This document shows positions 1 to 12,973 of a stretch of DNA of 35,634 nt, one piece after another. Where the stretch lies: the NCBI RefSeq assembly GCF_001194135.2, contig NC_068981.1, forward strand, positions 155,321,069-155,356,702, given 5' to 3'. Within the stretch, counting starts at the first letter, position 1, and each line of letters opens with the position of its first letter. A program made the position numbers and the translations under genes. The notes beneath the pieces were generated by a model that searched no databases, had not been told where the DNA came from, and saw nothing but the letters and a program-made list of their open reading frames with translations. The DNA is from Octopus bimaculoides (lineage: Eukaryota).

Positions 1-504
1 ATATATATATATATAATCATGCCAAGGACATATCCTTTAAGGGATGTTTGCATCCTAGTTCTCTGGTTTATACCAGTGTTTAGTGAAAACTAAACACTTT
101 GCATTGATGTGTATATATATGTATATATATAGACATTGGTTTCATACCTCCACCAGTCTAGAAACCTTGAGCCACTTGTCACTTGTCCAGTCATTACTCT
201 TGTTCCAACACCACTGGTCTGGCACTAACCACTATGTCAAATCTTTTGTTCCCAGAACATCAGCCCTCTAGAATCTCCTCCAAGCTTATTTCTTTCCAGC
301 AAGTGTTTAACTGCATCAGTGTAAACAGAACACTAATGGCACCAGCTATTAATGTTCTATTTACCAGTCTTGGAGAACTTACAGTCGTCATGGACACTAC
401 CTCTTTCTCTAAACTCAACAAGTAAATACATACGTACATATGTGTGTGTGTGTGTGTAATGAAGTGAAAAATGAACTGAGAGAAAAGCAGAATAGAAGAG
501 GAAT

Positions 505-740
505 TAGATAATAGTGAATATGAGAGAGAGAGAAAACTGCTGATACAGGCATATAATCCAGACTGATAGAAGTATAAGGGATGAGAATATTAAGTGTTTG
601 AAATAGACAGACCTTATGGAAGAATAAAACCTTGAAAGATATGGGGTGAAGTGGTGAAGAATAACCTTAAGATGTTGAATCTCACAAAGGAGGTGACAAA
701 GAACCAGTGATGATTGGTGACACACAATGCTAAGCAAGAT
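505..740 (+). mobile_element. Decayed RTE-clade LINE, ORF2 C-terminal fragment
   Basis: Manual translation VFEIDRPYGRIKP*KIWGEVVKNNLKMLNLTKEVTKNQ resembles the RTE C-terminal GRGRPRKTWxEVVKxDL motif; contains stops. Confidence 0.55.
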
Positions 741-761
741 GTTTGTTAAGTGTTTGTTCCC

Positions 762-1559
762 TCATCATCATTTAACACCCATTTTTCCTGCTGACATGGG
801 TTGGACAGCTTGATAGGAACTGACAAGGCCAGGGGCTGCACCAAATTTTATAGTCTGTTTTGGTGTGGTTTCTACTTTACAGAGTGCACTGGGTGCTTTT
901 TATGTGGCACTACCGCAGTGCTTTGTTAGTGGCATCAGCAGCCACGCCAATGCATTTTATGTGGCACTTTGATTTTAGAATACCAGTTCTGTTGTGGTGG
1001 ATGGGTCTTCTCAAGCACAACAATGCACCACATATCTTAGTTCTGTCATCCTCCTTCAGCGTTTTGAGATCAGCCTTCAGTACTTCATGCTATGTCTTCC
1101 TAGGTCTCCCTCTTTCACGACTTCCCTCCACTCTAAGTAATCAGCACTTAATCATGCAACTGTTCCCATCCATCTGCATCACGTGACCAAAGCAGTACAG
1201 TATCCTCTCTTACATACTACTTATAATTCCTCTTATGCCTTTTCTCTCAATATGCAAGTGCGCTATTGCACATGTACACTGACATTGCACACCCAGCTGA
1301 GCATACCATCGTTGTTCTTCCCTAGTCTTTACATGTTCTCTGCATTCAGAGCTCAAGTTTCACTACCATATTGTACTGCCATTTGTACACATGCATCATA
1401 CAATCTTCTTTTCACTTTGAGAGAGAGAGAGAGAGAGAGACCTTTGGTTGCCAACAGAAATAAAAGCTCTCTGAACTTTTTCCATCCTATTCTTATTCTA
1501 GCCATTATACTTTCCATACAACCTCCTCCACAGCTAATTAGGTAACTTAGGTAGTAGAA

Positions 1560-1560
<1 letters not shown>
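762..1560 (-). mobile_element. 5'-truncated decayed RTE-clade LINE (RT/C-terminal region plus 3' UTR and (GAT)n tail)
   Basis: Minus-strand translation FYYLSYLISCGGGCMESIMARIRIGWKKFRELLFLLATKGLS..LKVKRRLYDACVQMAVQYGSET*ALNAENM*RL matches the RTE FxYLG...ARIxxxWxxF...LYGSETW pattern. catcatcat tail near 762; in-frame stops. Confidence 0.85.
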
Positions 1561-1604
<44 letters not shown>

Positions 1605-3004
1605 GATAGATAGATAGATAACAAATAGGGATTAAATGAATCAAACAAAGCTTGCAATAAGCTTTCTGCCTGGTGTTTAGCTGCCAAGAAAGACAAGAAA
1701 GAAAGTGCTTGAGACTAGGGTGTAAGATTAATGTTACTGTTCTGAAAATCCAGGAATCTTAATGGTGGATAGTGTATAATAATGAAAAAGAAGTGAAATA
1801 ATAGAAGAAATATTTATTCCATTTGTTGACTGCTGTTTCATAATACACACACACACACACACACACACATACGCACATACATATACAGATGTTCCTTGTT
1901 TTACAAGGTGGATTGGCTCTGTGAGTTACCATGTGAAGTGAAATCACGTAATAAGATGTAGATACATTTATAACGATACTATTATGTAAAAAGAACAAAA
2001 CAAACAAAACCTGAACAATTATTTATTCAAATGGCACTAATAATTAATTAACATGTATGTCTGCACATGAGTGTATGACCAGCTCCATATTCTATTGAAA
2101 ATATTACACCATTTTTCCATTGTTTCAATGATATATCTACATATGCATGATGTGCATCTTATATTTATGAATATCCAGAGTTTATATTGGCTTTGATTTA
2201 TTCATTCTTTCTTTTAAGTCTTCTAACAGTTGCTTCATTTATATTAAACTGTTAGGGGGATGAAAGGCTAGACAAACATAATGTGTTAGTCGTCAGAGTT
2301 TGGTCTCTTTAACTCATGTTGTCTAGTCTGAAAGAAATTTATGGCATCCAAACACTGATGTGTACAAGGGTTAGCATTGTATTTACTCATTGGTATTCCT
2401 ACACACCACACACACATATATACATACATGTGTGTGTGTGTGAACCCTCACCTGCTTCTGAGAGTGTAATAATGTAATATTTCCTGAGTAATTTGAACAC
2501 TAACAACACAAAGGCTGGACATGATTTCATGGAAAATTGCAAACAAATAACACAGACTTATATGATGGGGATACTCATTTACATCTAGCACAGGATGTCA
2601 AGATAAGGTGTCATGAACATACTCATGCATACACAGACACACACACAAACTTACACATGCATATTCTTACACCCATTTATGCATGCATGCACACAGACAC
2701 ATACACACACACACAAGGCTTTAATCATCTTGGGCTGTAGTTGATGATAATTGTCCAGGGTGATGTCATCATCATCACCATCGTCATCATCACCACCACT
2801 TTATTCCCCTTTTCCTCCATAATTACTTGTGTTAGACAGGTCTTCTTTAGCCCAATGTCTCACCACTAGTTGCTGACCCTTGCAAAGATTATATCAAATG
2901 TGTGCTTCCATCTTCAAGATGGTAAAATGTGACTATTTCTTGTGGGTTAAGTGACCATATAAAGGCTCCTCCATTGGTTAGTTAATATTTCTAATGTGAG
3001 AGTA

Positions 3005-3036
<32 letters not shown>

Positions 3037-3784
3037 GGGGGGAGAGGGAAAGAGAGTGAGTGTGTGTGTGCGCATGTATCCATTTGTGTAAAAGGACATT
3101 TTTATAACTTTACTTTAAGGCTAGCTTTAGGTTAAAAATCTAAATAAGGGATGCTCTCTGCTCAAGACGATTACAACGGAAGTTTTATTTTCCTTTGGAG
3201 TTATATCAAGCATAGACTAGCTGAGTAATGTGTTCCATCATTCAGATGATTACGTGAATACTTATGCACAAAAGATTGATTATTTATGATACTGTGTAGT
3301 ATTATACATAATTAATCACTTTTTTGTTGTCAATGCAACACACCTCTCTTTTCACAATGGAACCTTTATACAACACACAGTCTGAGTTACTGCAGTATAG
3401 TAATTCTTGTGATTTAATATTCACAAGAATTAATACTACCAAGTTGTCAAGATTGGTGCTGGGTTGTGGACCAAAAGATCTAGTCCTCATTTCCCATCAC
3501 CAATGAACACCAGGCCAGGAGACTTCATAATCAAATGGCTCAGTCAACCTAGCAATAAGTAGCTATCATGAATAGAAATAGACACATCTTATCACTCAAA
3601 GCAGCAGGAGCACTGTGTAATTGATGAGTGGCTCATTATCTTACAACTGCACAGCAAAATTCAATCCCTGAACGAGTTCTATTTCAAGAGAGGCTTGCTT
3701 CTCTAGACTAACTTACTCCAAATGAAAAATGTAATATTTTATGTGATATTTAAGTGTAGATCTAACACATATCTTGGTTTGGCT

Positions 3785-4003
3785 CGTTTGAAACCAACCT
3801 GCTTGAGACTGTCCTTGGTTCTGTGAAACAAACTCCCTATTTTAAATTGATCTAAATTTAAACCTTCCATCAAAATTTCATATTAATTTATGTTCCAAAC
3901 ACCAGCTTAATGGTGCCAAAGTTATTTTAGAAAATTCTTTGTTATTTTCAAAATTAACAGAAACAAAGGTAGTGAATTTCAACAGACATATAGTAATAAA
4001 GGG
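3785..4003. mobile_element. piggyBac-like MITE (left end degenerate)
   Basis: Right end aaagggTTAA (TTAA at 4004-4007) is the piggyBac CCC/TTAA signature; left TIR decayed. Confidence 0.4.
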
Positions 4004-5264
4004 TTAAAATTTGGGTTCTTTTGGTAAAGCCTAATCTATTGCAAGCATTTGGATTAGATCTCTGGCTCGAGGACATCTTCTCACCAGTCACAGAGAGTTA
4101 GCAAAAGACCATAGCCACATGCTACCCACCATCTCAATGGATTAAGCCATTAAAACTATGATAATAAAATTTTTAAGTGATACTTTTATAACAGGAGGAA
4201 GAAGATGTGAACTCACAGTTCTTGTAACATACATAATTGAACTTAACGTAGAATGCCTATAAAACTAAAATACACACACACATATATGTACATTCATGCA
4301 TGCACACATACATACCTAACCAGTGAGGCGTGGTATGATCTATATAAGCTATATCTAAATTATTGACTCTGGCTGGTTATAAATTTCCATCGCATCACAT
4401 TTATTGGAGAATAATTGTAGATCAATGGAATTAGGCTTTTAGTTTCAAACCTTTGTCTCTGTTAATAAATTTAATTTGAAACTGGTGCCTATCGGCTTAT
4501 ATACATATGAAATTGGAACACACTAATACAAATATGCATAGCTGCACATAGGCAGATGGATATACATGTATACACACATGCATATCTTTAATACACTCAA
4601 GTATATACATATGTACCAACATAAATCTATACACTCAAATATATACATGCAAACACTAACACATACATCCAGATATTTGGAAGCATATTTATGAGAACAC
4701 AAGCACATGCATACACATATAAATACACACATGTATGTGTACACAAATATAAGTGGCAGTATTACAAAGGTATACGTTCACGAACACATGCAGAAGTAAA
4801 TCTGCACACACACACACGTAAAGAGAAACACACAGTCATGTACATGATGGTGGTGATGATGATGGTGATGGTAATGACTATGACAATGACACCCCCATAC
4901 AGCACCTCTGCAAAACAACAGCTGTTACATCACACCTATTCGTTAAATTGACGAACTGTGTTTCATGGTTTTGCTTGATCAGAGCTAACCTTGAGGCTAC
5001 ACAACAGCTACCACCACAGCAAAAAGCACAGCAACAACAACAATTACAATTGTATCACAGTGAAATTTGCCTTCTTTGTTTATGTATTTATTTCAAATCC
5101 TATTTCTACTGTTCTTAAGATGACACCTCTTTACTTCACACTTCAATCACAAATGCTCTCCTAAAAGACTTCACTTGGGAATTTTATGCATTTATGTTTA
5201 ATTCTCTTAAACCAACTTGATCATCTGCTCACTTCTGTTGCACTACATTCTCGAAGGAGCCTTT

Positions 5265-5435
5265 AAGGAGCTACCTGATTTGCTAGAAACAGCAGTCAAA
5301 ACTTCTCCAGATCATGTTACAGTCTTAAGACTGAATAATGTAGTCTTATATATACAAAAAAATTGGGATAGTCATGATGGGTTACACTATATTTTATCAT
5401 AGATTTGCTCTATCAGGACTGATCTGGGACTACTA
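5265..5435 (+). mobile_element. SINE 3' fragment (recurrent family tail)
   Basis: gctagaaacagcagtcaaa...gtcttaaga...atgtagtc...gtcatg...gatctggg similar to segments at about 5665-5835, 14325-14435, 18225-18295 and 35175-35230. Confidence 0.5.
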
Positions 5436-5489
5436 CTAATACCATTGTTATGTCTCAAGCTACTGCTATCTAGCACCTTTGGATGATCT

Positions 5490-5564
5490 CTACTCAACCG
5501 CTACACAACTGCTACTCAACCGCTACACAACTGCTACTCAACCGCTACACAACTGCTACTCAAC
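5490..5564. repeat. 22-bp minisatellite, about 3.4 copies
   Basis: ctactcaaccgctacacaactg x3 plus ctactcaac, read directly. Confidence 0.92.
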
Positions 5565-5945
5565 ACACCTACCACGGCCAGACTATCTCTATTTATATGT
5601 CTTGGGAGATCCTACTTCTTCAACTGGGGGCGTCGACACAACAACTATACAGACACTTAACCTGCAAAAAATAACACAGCCAAATATCTCCCTCAAATTT
5701 CACTGTACCATCTCAGAAGAGTAAGGAGTAACATTTATTTAGTCACAGATAATGCAAAAAGATGATATAGTCATGACTGGAAAACTTTGGTCATTAATGC
5801 TACTCAGTTAGGTTTCCCCCAGGGCTAAACAACAATAACACCCCCCCCCCCCAAATTCTTGTCAGTTGTTATACTTTTTTTGCTATTTCACAGTAACATA
5901 ATCTGTATCAATTTAAACTTTTCTTTAAAAAAAACCCCAGTTCAA

Positions 5946-6157
5946 CCCTTTAGCATTTAAACCAGTCACATCCAGTGCAAATATTCCCCTGTTTTATGAT
6001 CAAACTGACTACACCTGGCCTCTCAAAACTACCCTACAATGTCATTCTAAAAATATTTTATCACATTACTGAAACCTTCAAGATAATGCAGGATTAATTC
6101 AAAATGATGTGAATAAATAAACATTATATTTGATAAAGTAACTTGAATGCTAAAAGA
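5946..6157. mobile_element. piggyBac-like MITE
   Basis: Termini ccctttagcattta ... tgaatgctaaaaga form an imperfect inverted repeat; flanked by tcaa and TTAA (6158-6161). Confidence 0.55.
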
Positions 6158-6179
6158 TTAAATTTTATAAAGGAAAGCG

Positions 6180-6240
6180 TACAAACTTTGACCCCTCACT
6201 ACAAACTTTGACCCCCTCACTACAAACTTTGACCCCTCTC
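6180..6240. repeat. 20-21-bp tandem repeat x3
   Basis: tacaaactttgacccctcac / tacaaactttgaccccctcac / tacaaactttgacccctctc. Confidence 0.9.
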
Positions 6241-6276
6241 TGACTTAACACTCTGTCACATATTGGTCATCTATAA

Positions 6277-6541
6277 CAGGGGTTTTCAAACTGTGGTCCG
6301 CGGACCACAGGGGGTCCGCAAGGACAAGACAGGGGATCCGTGGACAGCAAATACTTTTTATGGGCAATTTGATTTTATATATGTTTTTTAATCGAAATCT
6401 TTTAATTGACAATAAACCTATTTGTTAAATACTGTTAAATAAATAAATGTAAAAATATATGTTATTTTAAGCAAATATTTATGTATAAATAAAGCCTGAA
6501 ATATAAAGGGGTCCGCAAGTCAAAAAGTTTGAAAACCCCTG
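6277..6541 (+). mobile_element. hAT-superfamily MITE, copy 1 (265 bp)
   Basis: Perfect 16-bp TIR caggggttttcaaact/agtttgaaaacccctg; perfect 8-bp TSD atctataa (6269-6276 and 6542-6549). Confidence 0.93.
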
Positions 6542-6870
6542 ATCTATAACATCCATTTAATGTAACACAACACCATGCCACATACAAAATATCTTGGTCA
6601 GTCATAATAAAAAGCTCAACCATCACAAATTGTGATTTGGATATGACACATCTACCACATGATTTTCTATAAAAGTTTATTCTGTAACATACATGTCTAA
6701 CTGAACTGAAATAATAACAAACTTCCTTTAAGAAATAAGAAAACTGTCTCCACCACTCCTTTTTCTCTATCCATACCCTACAAACATGTACTTTCTTTCT
6801 ATCCTTCTCTATCCTCTATTCCAACACACTTCTTCACTCTGCCTATATCACACATGATTTTTCATTTACA

Positions 6871-7015
6871 TTAGGAAGGGCATCCAGCTGTAGAAACTCT
6901 GCCAGATCAGATTGGAGCCTGGTGCAGCCTTCTGGCTTGCCAGTCCGCAGTCAAATTGTCCAACCCATGCTAGCATGGAAAGCGGACGTTAAACAATGAT
7001 GATGATGATGATGAT
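6871..7015 (+). mobile_element. RTE LINE-type 3' end, 5'-truncated
   Basis: ttaggaagggcatccagctgtagaaac...caacccatgctagcatggaaagcggacgttaaac followed by (GAT)n tail; related tails at 762-830, 9120-9590 and 11160-11312. Confidence 0.75.
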
Positions 7016-7111
7016 TACTTCAAAAGCTATATAAAGTTTAAGAAAGATCAAAATAAATCAGTCTGGTGACAGCTAGAAAGTAAAAACTGCAAAATCACTG
7101 TCAAATGTACA

Positions 7112-7155
<44 letters not shown>

Positions 7156-7159
7156 TGAG

Positions 7160-7453
7160 GTAATGACTCGAGTTCAAAAATTTCAGTTCTGCAATATCTT
7201 GCAGAACAACTTGCACAAGTACTTTGTTCATAATAATCAAATGTGTGTTTGCAGTATATTAGCTCACTCCCTCCAACAAGTCAACATTGCTTGTACAGGT
7301 GCATAGTTTTCCACATATAATATGTCAAAATGACTGCAGAGCAACATGGAATGAAGGGTTTTGCTCAAGAACACAATGCACCACCTGGTCTAAGAATCGA
7401 ACCCATGATCTTGTAATCACGAGTGCAACACCCTAACCACTAGGATATGCATG
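7160..7453 (-). mobile_element. tRNA-headed SINE
   Basis: Reverse complement shows A-box-like cctagtggttagg and B-box-like ggttcgattct, followed by tgtgttcttgagcaa as in the copy at 24055-24396. Confidence 0.65.
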
Positions 7454-7766
7454 CTCACATATATACATAAATAAATATATGCATCTATGTATCTATGGAT
7501 GGACACACATACATATATACATACATATCAAGATATCACTTAGACATAGTGATACTTATAACCAGGAATTAGAACTTTCTGTGAATATGCTTCAGAATAA
7601 AGCATTGTCCTTTCTTATATAAACTTGCACTTCATTTTAGAAGCTCTGAGGAAGCTACAAAGGGATGCACAAGAACCCAGCTCTGAGTGCACTGCATCTT
7701 ATAGCAGAAACAACTGTAAGCTAATGAAGTTGATTACATAATTCCTGTACACATGTCATTTATTTA

Positions 7767-7820
<54 letters not shown>

Positions 7821-8237
7821 AACATTCATTTATATATACATGAATTTCAGAAAGCTATGTCCCATGAGCACTCAGCTCTGAGTGCAATATTTCTCAAAGC
7901 AGAAACAGCAGTAAGCTAATGAAAGTGATTATAAAACATCTCTTCTTTTGCCATTAGTTAACATGCACATACATGAGCATACACACACACACACACACGT
8001 AGCAGTACATAGTATTGCCTGGGGATATAGGAAGTGTCAGAAAATGTCACACAGTATAATATAATCTAATCCTTGAAGATGTAACTCTAGGCAAAATTTC
8101 AAATATACTGATGCAAAACAGTGGCCTACATTTTGAAAGATAGATATCTACATGCATAATACTTACATATATACATGCATAGACATACATGTGTGTGTGT
8201 GTGTGTGTGTGTCTGTATGTGTGTGTGCAGATGTGCT

Positions 8238-8425
8238 CATCATCATGGTAAGGCTCCAGTCTGTTTTAGCTTGGTTTCTACAGCTGGATACCCTTCGTAA
8301 CACCAATTACTCCACAGAATGTACTTGGTGCTGCTTACATATCTCTGGTACGGGTACGTTTTATGTGCCACTGGCATGGATACCTTTGACATGTCACTGG
8401 CACAGGTGCCTTTTATGTGTCACTG
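8238..8425 (-). mobile_element. RTE-type 3' tail fragment
   Basis: catcatcat tail followed by gtttctacagctggatacccttc, the reverse complement of the tail at 6871. Confidence 0.55.
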
Positions 8426-8454
8426 TGTCATGTACATACATACACATATTATAC

Positions 8455-8943
8455 ATATGATGGGCTTCTTAGAGTTTCCCTCTACCAAATCCTGTTACAA
8501 GGCTTTGGTCATCCCAGAGCTATAGTAGGTGACACTTGCTCAAGGTGTCACACAATGGGACTGAACTCAAAACAATGTGGTTGGGAAGCAAACTTTTAAA
8601 CCACATAAAAAAAAAACGTCGCCCTTTCAAAGCCTAGCCAGGCTCATGGGCCTGGTTTCCCGGTTTCTACGGCGTATGTGTTTCCCCCCAGCTGGACGGG
8701 ACGCCAGTCCATTGCAGCATTACTCAAGAAACAGGAAGAAAGAGTGAGAGAAAGTTGGGGCGAATGAGTACAACAGGGGTCGCCACCACCCCCTGCTGGA
8801 GCCTCATGGAGCTTAGGATGTTTTGCTCAATAAACACACACAACGCCCGGTCTGGGAATCGAAACCGCGACCCTCCGACTGCGAGTCCGCTGCCCTAACC
8901 ACTGGGCCATTGCGCCTCCACTTTAAACCACATAGCCACACCT
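8455..8943 (-). mobile_element. Old SINE (same family as 27374-27792), interrupted by a younger SINE
   Basis: Reverse complement gtgtggctatgtgg[insert]...ttcagtcccattgtgtgacaccttgagcaagtgtc..ctactatagc...gaccaaagcc...agaagcccatc aligns with the 27374 and 31130 copies. Confidence 0.75.
8608..8921 (-). mobile_element. Young full-length tRNA-headed SINE
   Basis: Reverse-complement head gtggaggcgcaatggcccagtggttagg...ggtttcgattccc (A/B boxes); CpG-rich; 13-bp TSD tttaaaccacata at 8595-8607 and 8922-8934. Confidence 0.9.
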
Positions 8944-9084
8944 ATATTCTAAAGTTTCCAACCAAGGTGGGTCAGCAAAGACACTGGCATGCACACCAAA
9001 TAAGTCTGATTTGTTCGTCCAAGAATATTATGAGACATTAAAGAACACAAATATAGGATTCCATAAGAATGTTATGAATAGTGT

Positions 9085-9590
9085 TGGTGCCATAAAAAAG
9101 CACTCAGTGCTTACTGTGAAGTGGTTGGTTTTAGGAAGAGCATCCTGCTGTGGAAACCATGTCAAAATTGAGACACTGGAGCAGGGGCTTTCAAACTTTT
9201 TGACTTGCGGACCCCTTTATATTTCAGGCTTTACCTTAGGGACCGACCCCCCAATAAATGCTTATGAAATTTATACATAAATATTTGCTTAAAATAACAT
9301 ATATATTTTTACATTTATTTATTTAACAGTATTTAACAAATAGGTTTATTGTCAATTAAAAGATTTCGATTAAAAAACATATATATAATCAAATTGCCCA
9401 TAAGAAGTATTTGCTGTCCACGAACCCCCTGTCTTGTCCTTGCGGACCCCCTGTGGTCCGCGGACAACAGTTTGAAAACTCCTGCACTGGAGCATGTTGT
9501 GGTCCTTCAACCAGTAGGATCTTGTTGAAGTGGCCAACCCATATTAATATGGAAAGTAGGAGTAAAATGTTGATGGTGATGATGATGAGA
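9085..9590 (+). mobile_element. RTE-type 3' tail remnant interrupted by hAT MITE copy 2
   Basis: gtggttggttttaggaagagcatcc... resumes after the MITE as ...caacccatattaatatggaaagtagg...gatgatgatg. Confidence 0.6.
9182..9484 (-). mobile_element. hAT-superfamily MITE, copy 2 (303 bp), inverted relative to copy 1
   Basis: TIR caggggctttcaaact/agtttgaaaactcctg; perfect 8-bp TSD cactggag (9174-9181 and 9485-9492); reverse complement of 6277-6541 plus about 37 extra nt. Confidence 0.93.
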
Positions 9591-9787
9591 GATAGACAGA
9601 CAAATAGATAGATAGATAGACAAACAGACAGACAATACATATATACTCTGTCCCACCCAAGAAAGCATGGAAAAGTACACATCAAAATACTGCCAAAACA
9701 AAAAAAGCATACACATAATATACACATGCACACACACACACATGTATATATACACACACAAATACATTTCTGTGTGTGTGTATAAGG

Positions 9788-9928
<141 letters not shown>

Positions 9929-10782
9929 TGTGTGTGAGTATCTGTACAGCTCAAGATTGGCTGAATTATTAATATTTTCATCAGAACAGGAAACAGAGTG
10001 ACAGACAATTACAGACAGATAGTCAAAGCAAGAAAGAGACAGACAGACAGAGATGAGACAAAATGAAGTAGTATATGTGTGTGTGTGTGTGGGGGTAAAA
10101 AAATGGAATGTAGGAAAGAGAGAGATCAAACAATGTTTTTCCATAAAATAATTATATATGCTGTATGTAATATGTATGTGGATGTGCACATGCTCTAAGT
10201 GATGTTGATATATATTTTTAATGTAAGTAAATTACTTTGAGGCAGTCGTTCATCACATTTTTCATTCCCCGACTCTTTACCTACCACTTAGGCTAATGCA
10301 AGATACCTATACATATGTATGCACATGTGTGTGTGTGCATGTATGTGTAAGTAATGCCTTCCACTAGCCAACCAATATCTTATGTGTAAAAATTTAGTAG
10401 ATGGAAACTGTATAGAAGCCTGTCATTTGTGTACCTGTATTTCCATATACTTTCACATTCACACTGTTTTAAAGAAAGCATTTATGCTTGTTTATGTAAA
10501 AACCAGTGGAATTAAAATTCCTTACTTGAAAAACAAGAGATGGTTGGCAAAAATAAGGGGCATTGGGCTATGAAGTATTGCCTCAATGAGTCTCATTCAA
10601 TCAATGCCAGCATCGTAAAAGTGGACATGAAGATTAAAATGTTGATGAGGTAGATGATACACAACACACACACACACACGTGTGTTGAAGATATGTCTGT
10701 GTGTGTACATAAGTATTATAGAAATTTAATTAAATTATGTATACATACACATATACACACAGATATATAGATGTGTGTGCGC

Positions 10783-10822
<40 letters not shown>

Positions 10823-11044
10823 GTCTAGTTAGAATAGAGGCAGCTGACGAAGGATTAATTCCAAGTGGCTATCTGTTTTCCTATGTGTTCGTTCCGTGGT
10901 CTGTAGTTCATTGTTCTAACGTCCTGTACCCTGATACGCATCTATATACACATGTAGATGTAAGTATGTACATATATGGGTGTATACATGCATATATGTT
11001 CTTTGTATTATATATATATATATATATATACATCCTCATTGGGT

Positions 11045-11312
11045 CTTGAGCCTCATGGAGATGACGACATGTGACCAAGACTTTTGGCAATTTGCTGTGC
11101 TTGAGAAGACATGTCAATTGTAGTTGCGGCCAGTGCTGGTGATACGTGAAAGGCACCCACTACAATCTCTGGAATGGTTGGCATTAAGAAGGACATCTAG
11201 CTATGGAAACTAAGCCAAAACAGACTGTAGCTCTTTGACTTACCAGCCCCAGTTAAATCATCTTACCCATGTCAGCAAGGAAAACGGACACTAAATAATG
11301 AAAATGATGATG
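11045..11312 (+). mobile_element. RTE LINE 3' end (last codons plus 3' UTR)
   Basis: LSLMEMTTCDQDFWQFAVLEKTCQL* resembles the RTE terminus DRxxWRxAVxEKT; followed by aggcacccactac...gatgatg tail. Confidence 0.7.
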
Positions 11313-12973
11313 CATATATAAAATTATAAGCTCATACTCTAAGCTTTCAAAAAAAAAAAAAAAAAAAAAAAAAAACAACACTAAGCAAGTCTGCTGCTAC
11401 CTATACTATACCTTCTGCACACCTGAAGCTATGGAAGTGGTGATATTTTGTTGTTACAACTGTGGCACCCTCACTACCACAATGAATTGGTTGTTCACAG
11501 TATTTTGTAAAAGTTTCAAACCCTCAGTAACCAATGAAGATTATGAGTGACTGCATTTCAACAAGGGATGCAATTAGATGGAGAGTTGGAGCAGAGAACT
11601 GAACCTGCTCTTAAGTATACTACATCTGCCATGCAAATGAAACTACAGAAGTATGAATATTTCATTATTTCAGATAATACAGAATACTCCATCTTCTGCA
11701 AAGAGACTATTTGACTCTTAGTTGATTCTTAAGTTTTACTTGCTAGACACAGAAGCGAGACAAGTGAAAATTCTTTTCTATTATTTTGTATAATTTTTTA
11801 AAGTGAGAATGAGCTGCACACACATCAGACTCACTTTCTCATCACTGATAACATATAACTGAGTACAACCAGTTGCATGGTTGAAGTGACTAAACTGGCA
11901 AACCTATTAATTTTTGCTTAGTGAGTTTTTGGACACTTGCAAGACGAAAAACAAGTTCTGTAAAAGGGCAGGTGAATTCAAGGAAGTTAATGGCCCTCCA
12001 ACAATGGGCACATATGCATATTAAATCTGTGTATAGCTGTGGCATAGCTTTGAAGTTGATGGCAGCAGCTGGCGCAGGTAACAACATACTGTCATGCAGC
12101 GCTAAATGCCTCAATGCAAGGGCAAGTATCCAGAATGATGTTTTATGATCTGGAACCATATCTAATTAGAAGGCACTGCAAGGTCTGGAAACCCCTGCTG
12201 CCACATTGGTAATTTACTGCATTCTCAATATATATACATACATATGTGTGCGTGTGTAGTTACAGTGCTGCCCATACCCTTCAGACCCACAAATCTATAC
12301 AGGGTTATGCAGCAGACTCAAATGTGCTTTCCCCCATAAAATCATCGACCCAGAGTGGATGGCCCCTCTAGATATACTACTGATATATATAAGGAAAATG
12401 TTTTTACTACATAGTCCCTAGAATGTCTACAGACTAAACAAAATACTTTCAGTTCTGTATTCTTTGTAACCCAACCCTGTTACTGTGAACAGGTAACCCC
12501 CAGGACTTTTCTGAATTACTATAGAAGTATGTGTTTGTGTGTCTGTATAATTATATTAGCATTTTACTTTGCTCATTTACTAAGCATATAATTATAACTA
12601 TATAAGCTTTTTTTGAAAATTGCTATATAATACACTAAACCATTAAAACACTTTATCAATTTTTGTAGCAAAATTCATTATTAAATTATGTTAATTTATT
12701 TGCAAATATAATTGAAAAAACTCCCCATTCCAAATGTATATTTAATTACGTTGACTTTTAATTATAACAGTCTGAAATTACACATTCATTTTCTCCTCCC
12801 CTTTGAATATATTAATTCAAAAGAGAGTTGTGGGATTGACATAAATGGTTTATAACATTGTTCCACTACCTCCGTCTTTGGGGTGTGTGTTGGGGTTGTT
12901 TTGTAGCTTTGGTAAAGAAATAAGCCTGATATTGCAAACTAAGAACATTAAACACTACCGTTTAATTTGCCGT

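Noticed and set aside
3300-3720. Possible Penelope/RT coding remnant
   Set aside because: Only a vague motif resemblance, with many stops in all frames.
5490-5564. 22-bp repeats as a CRISPR array
   Set aside because: Contiguous tandem copies without spacers; eukaryotic context, no cas genes.
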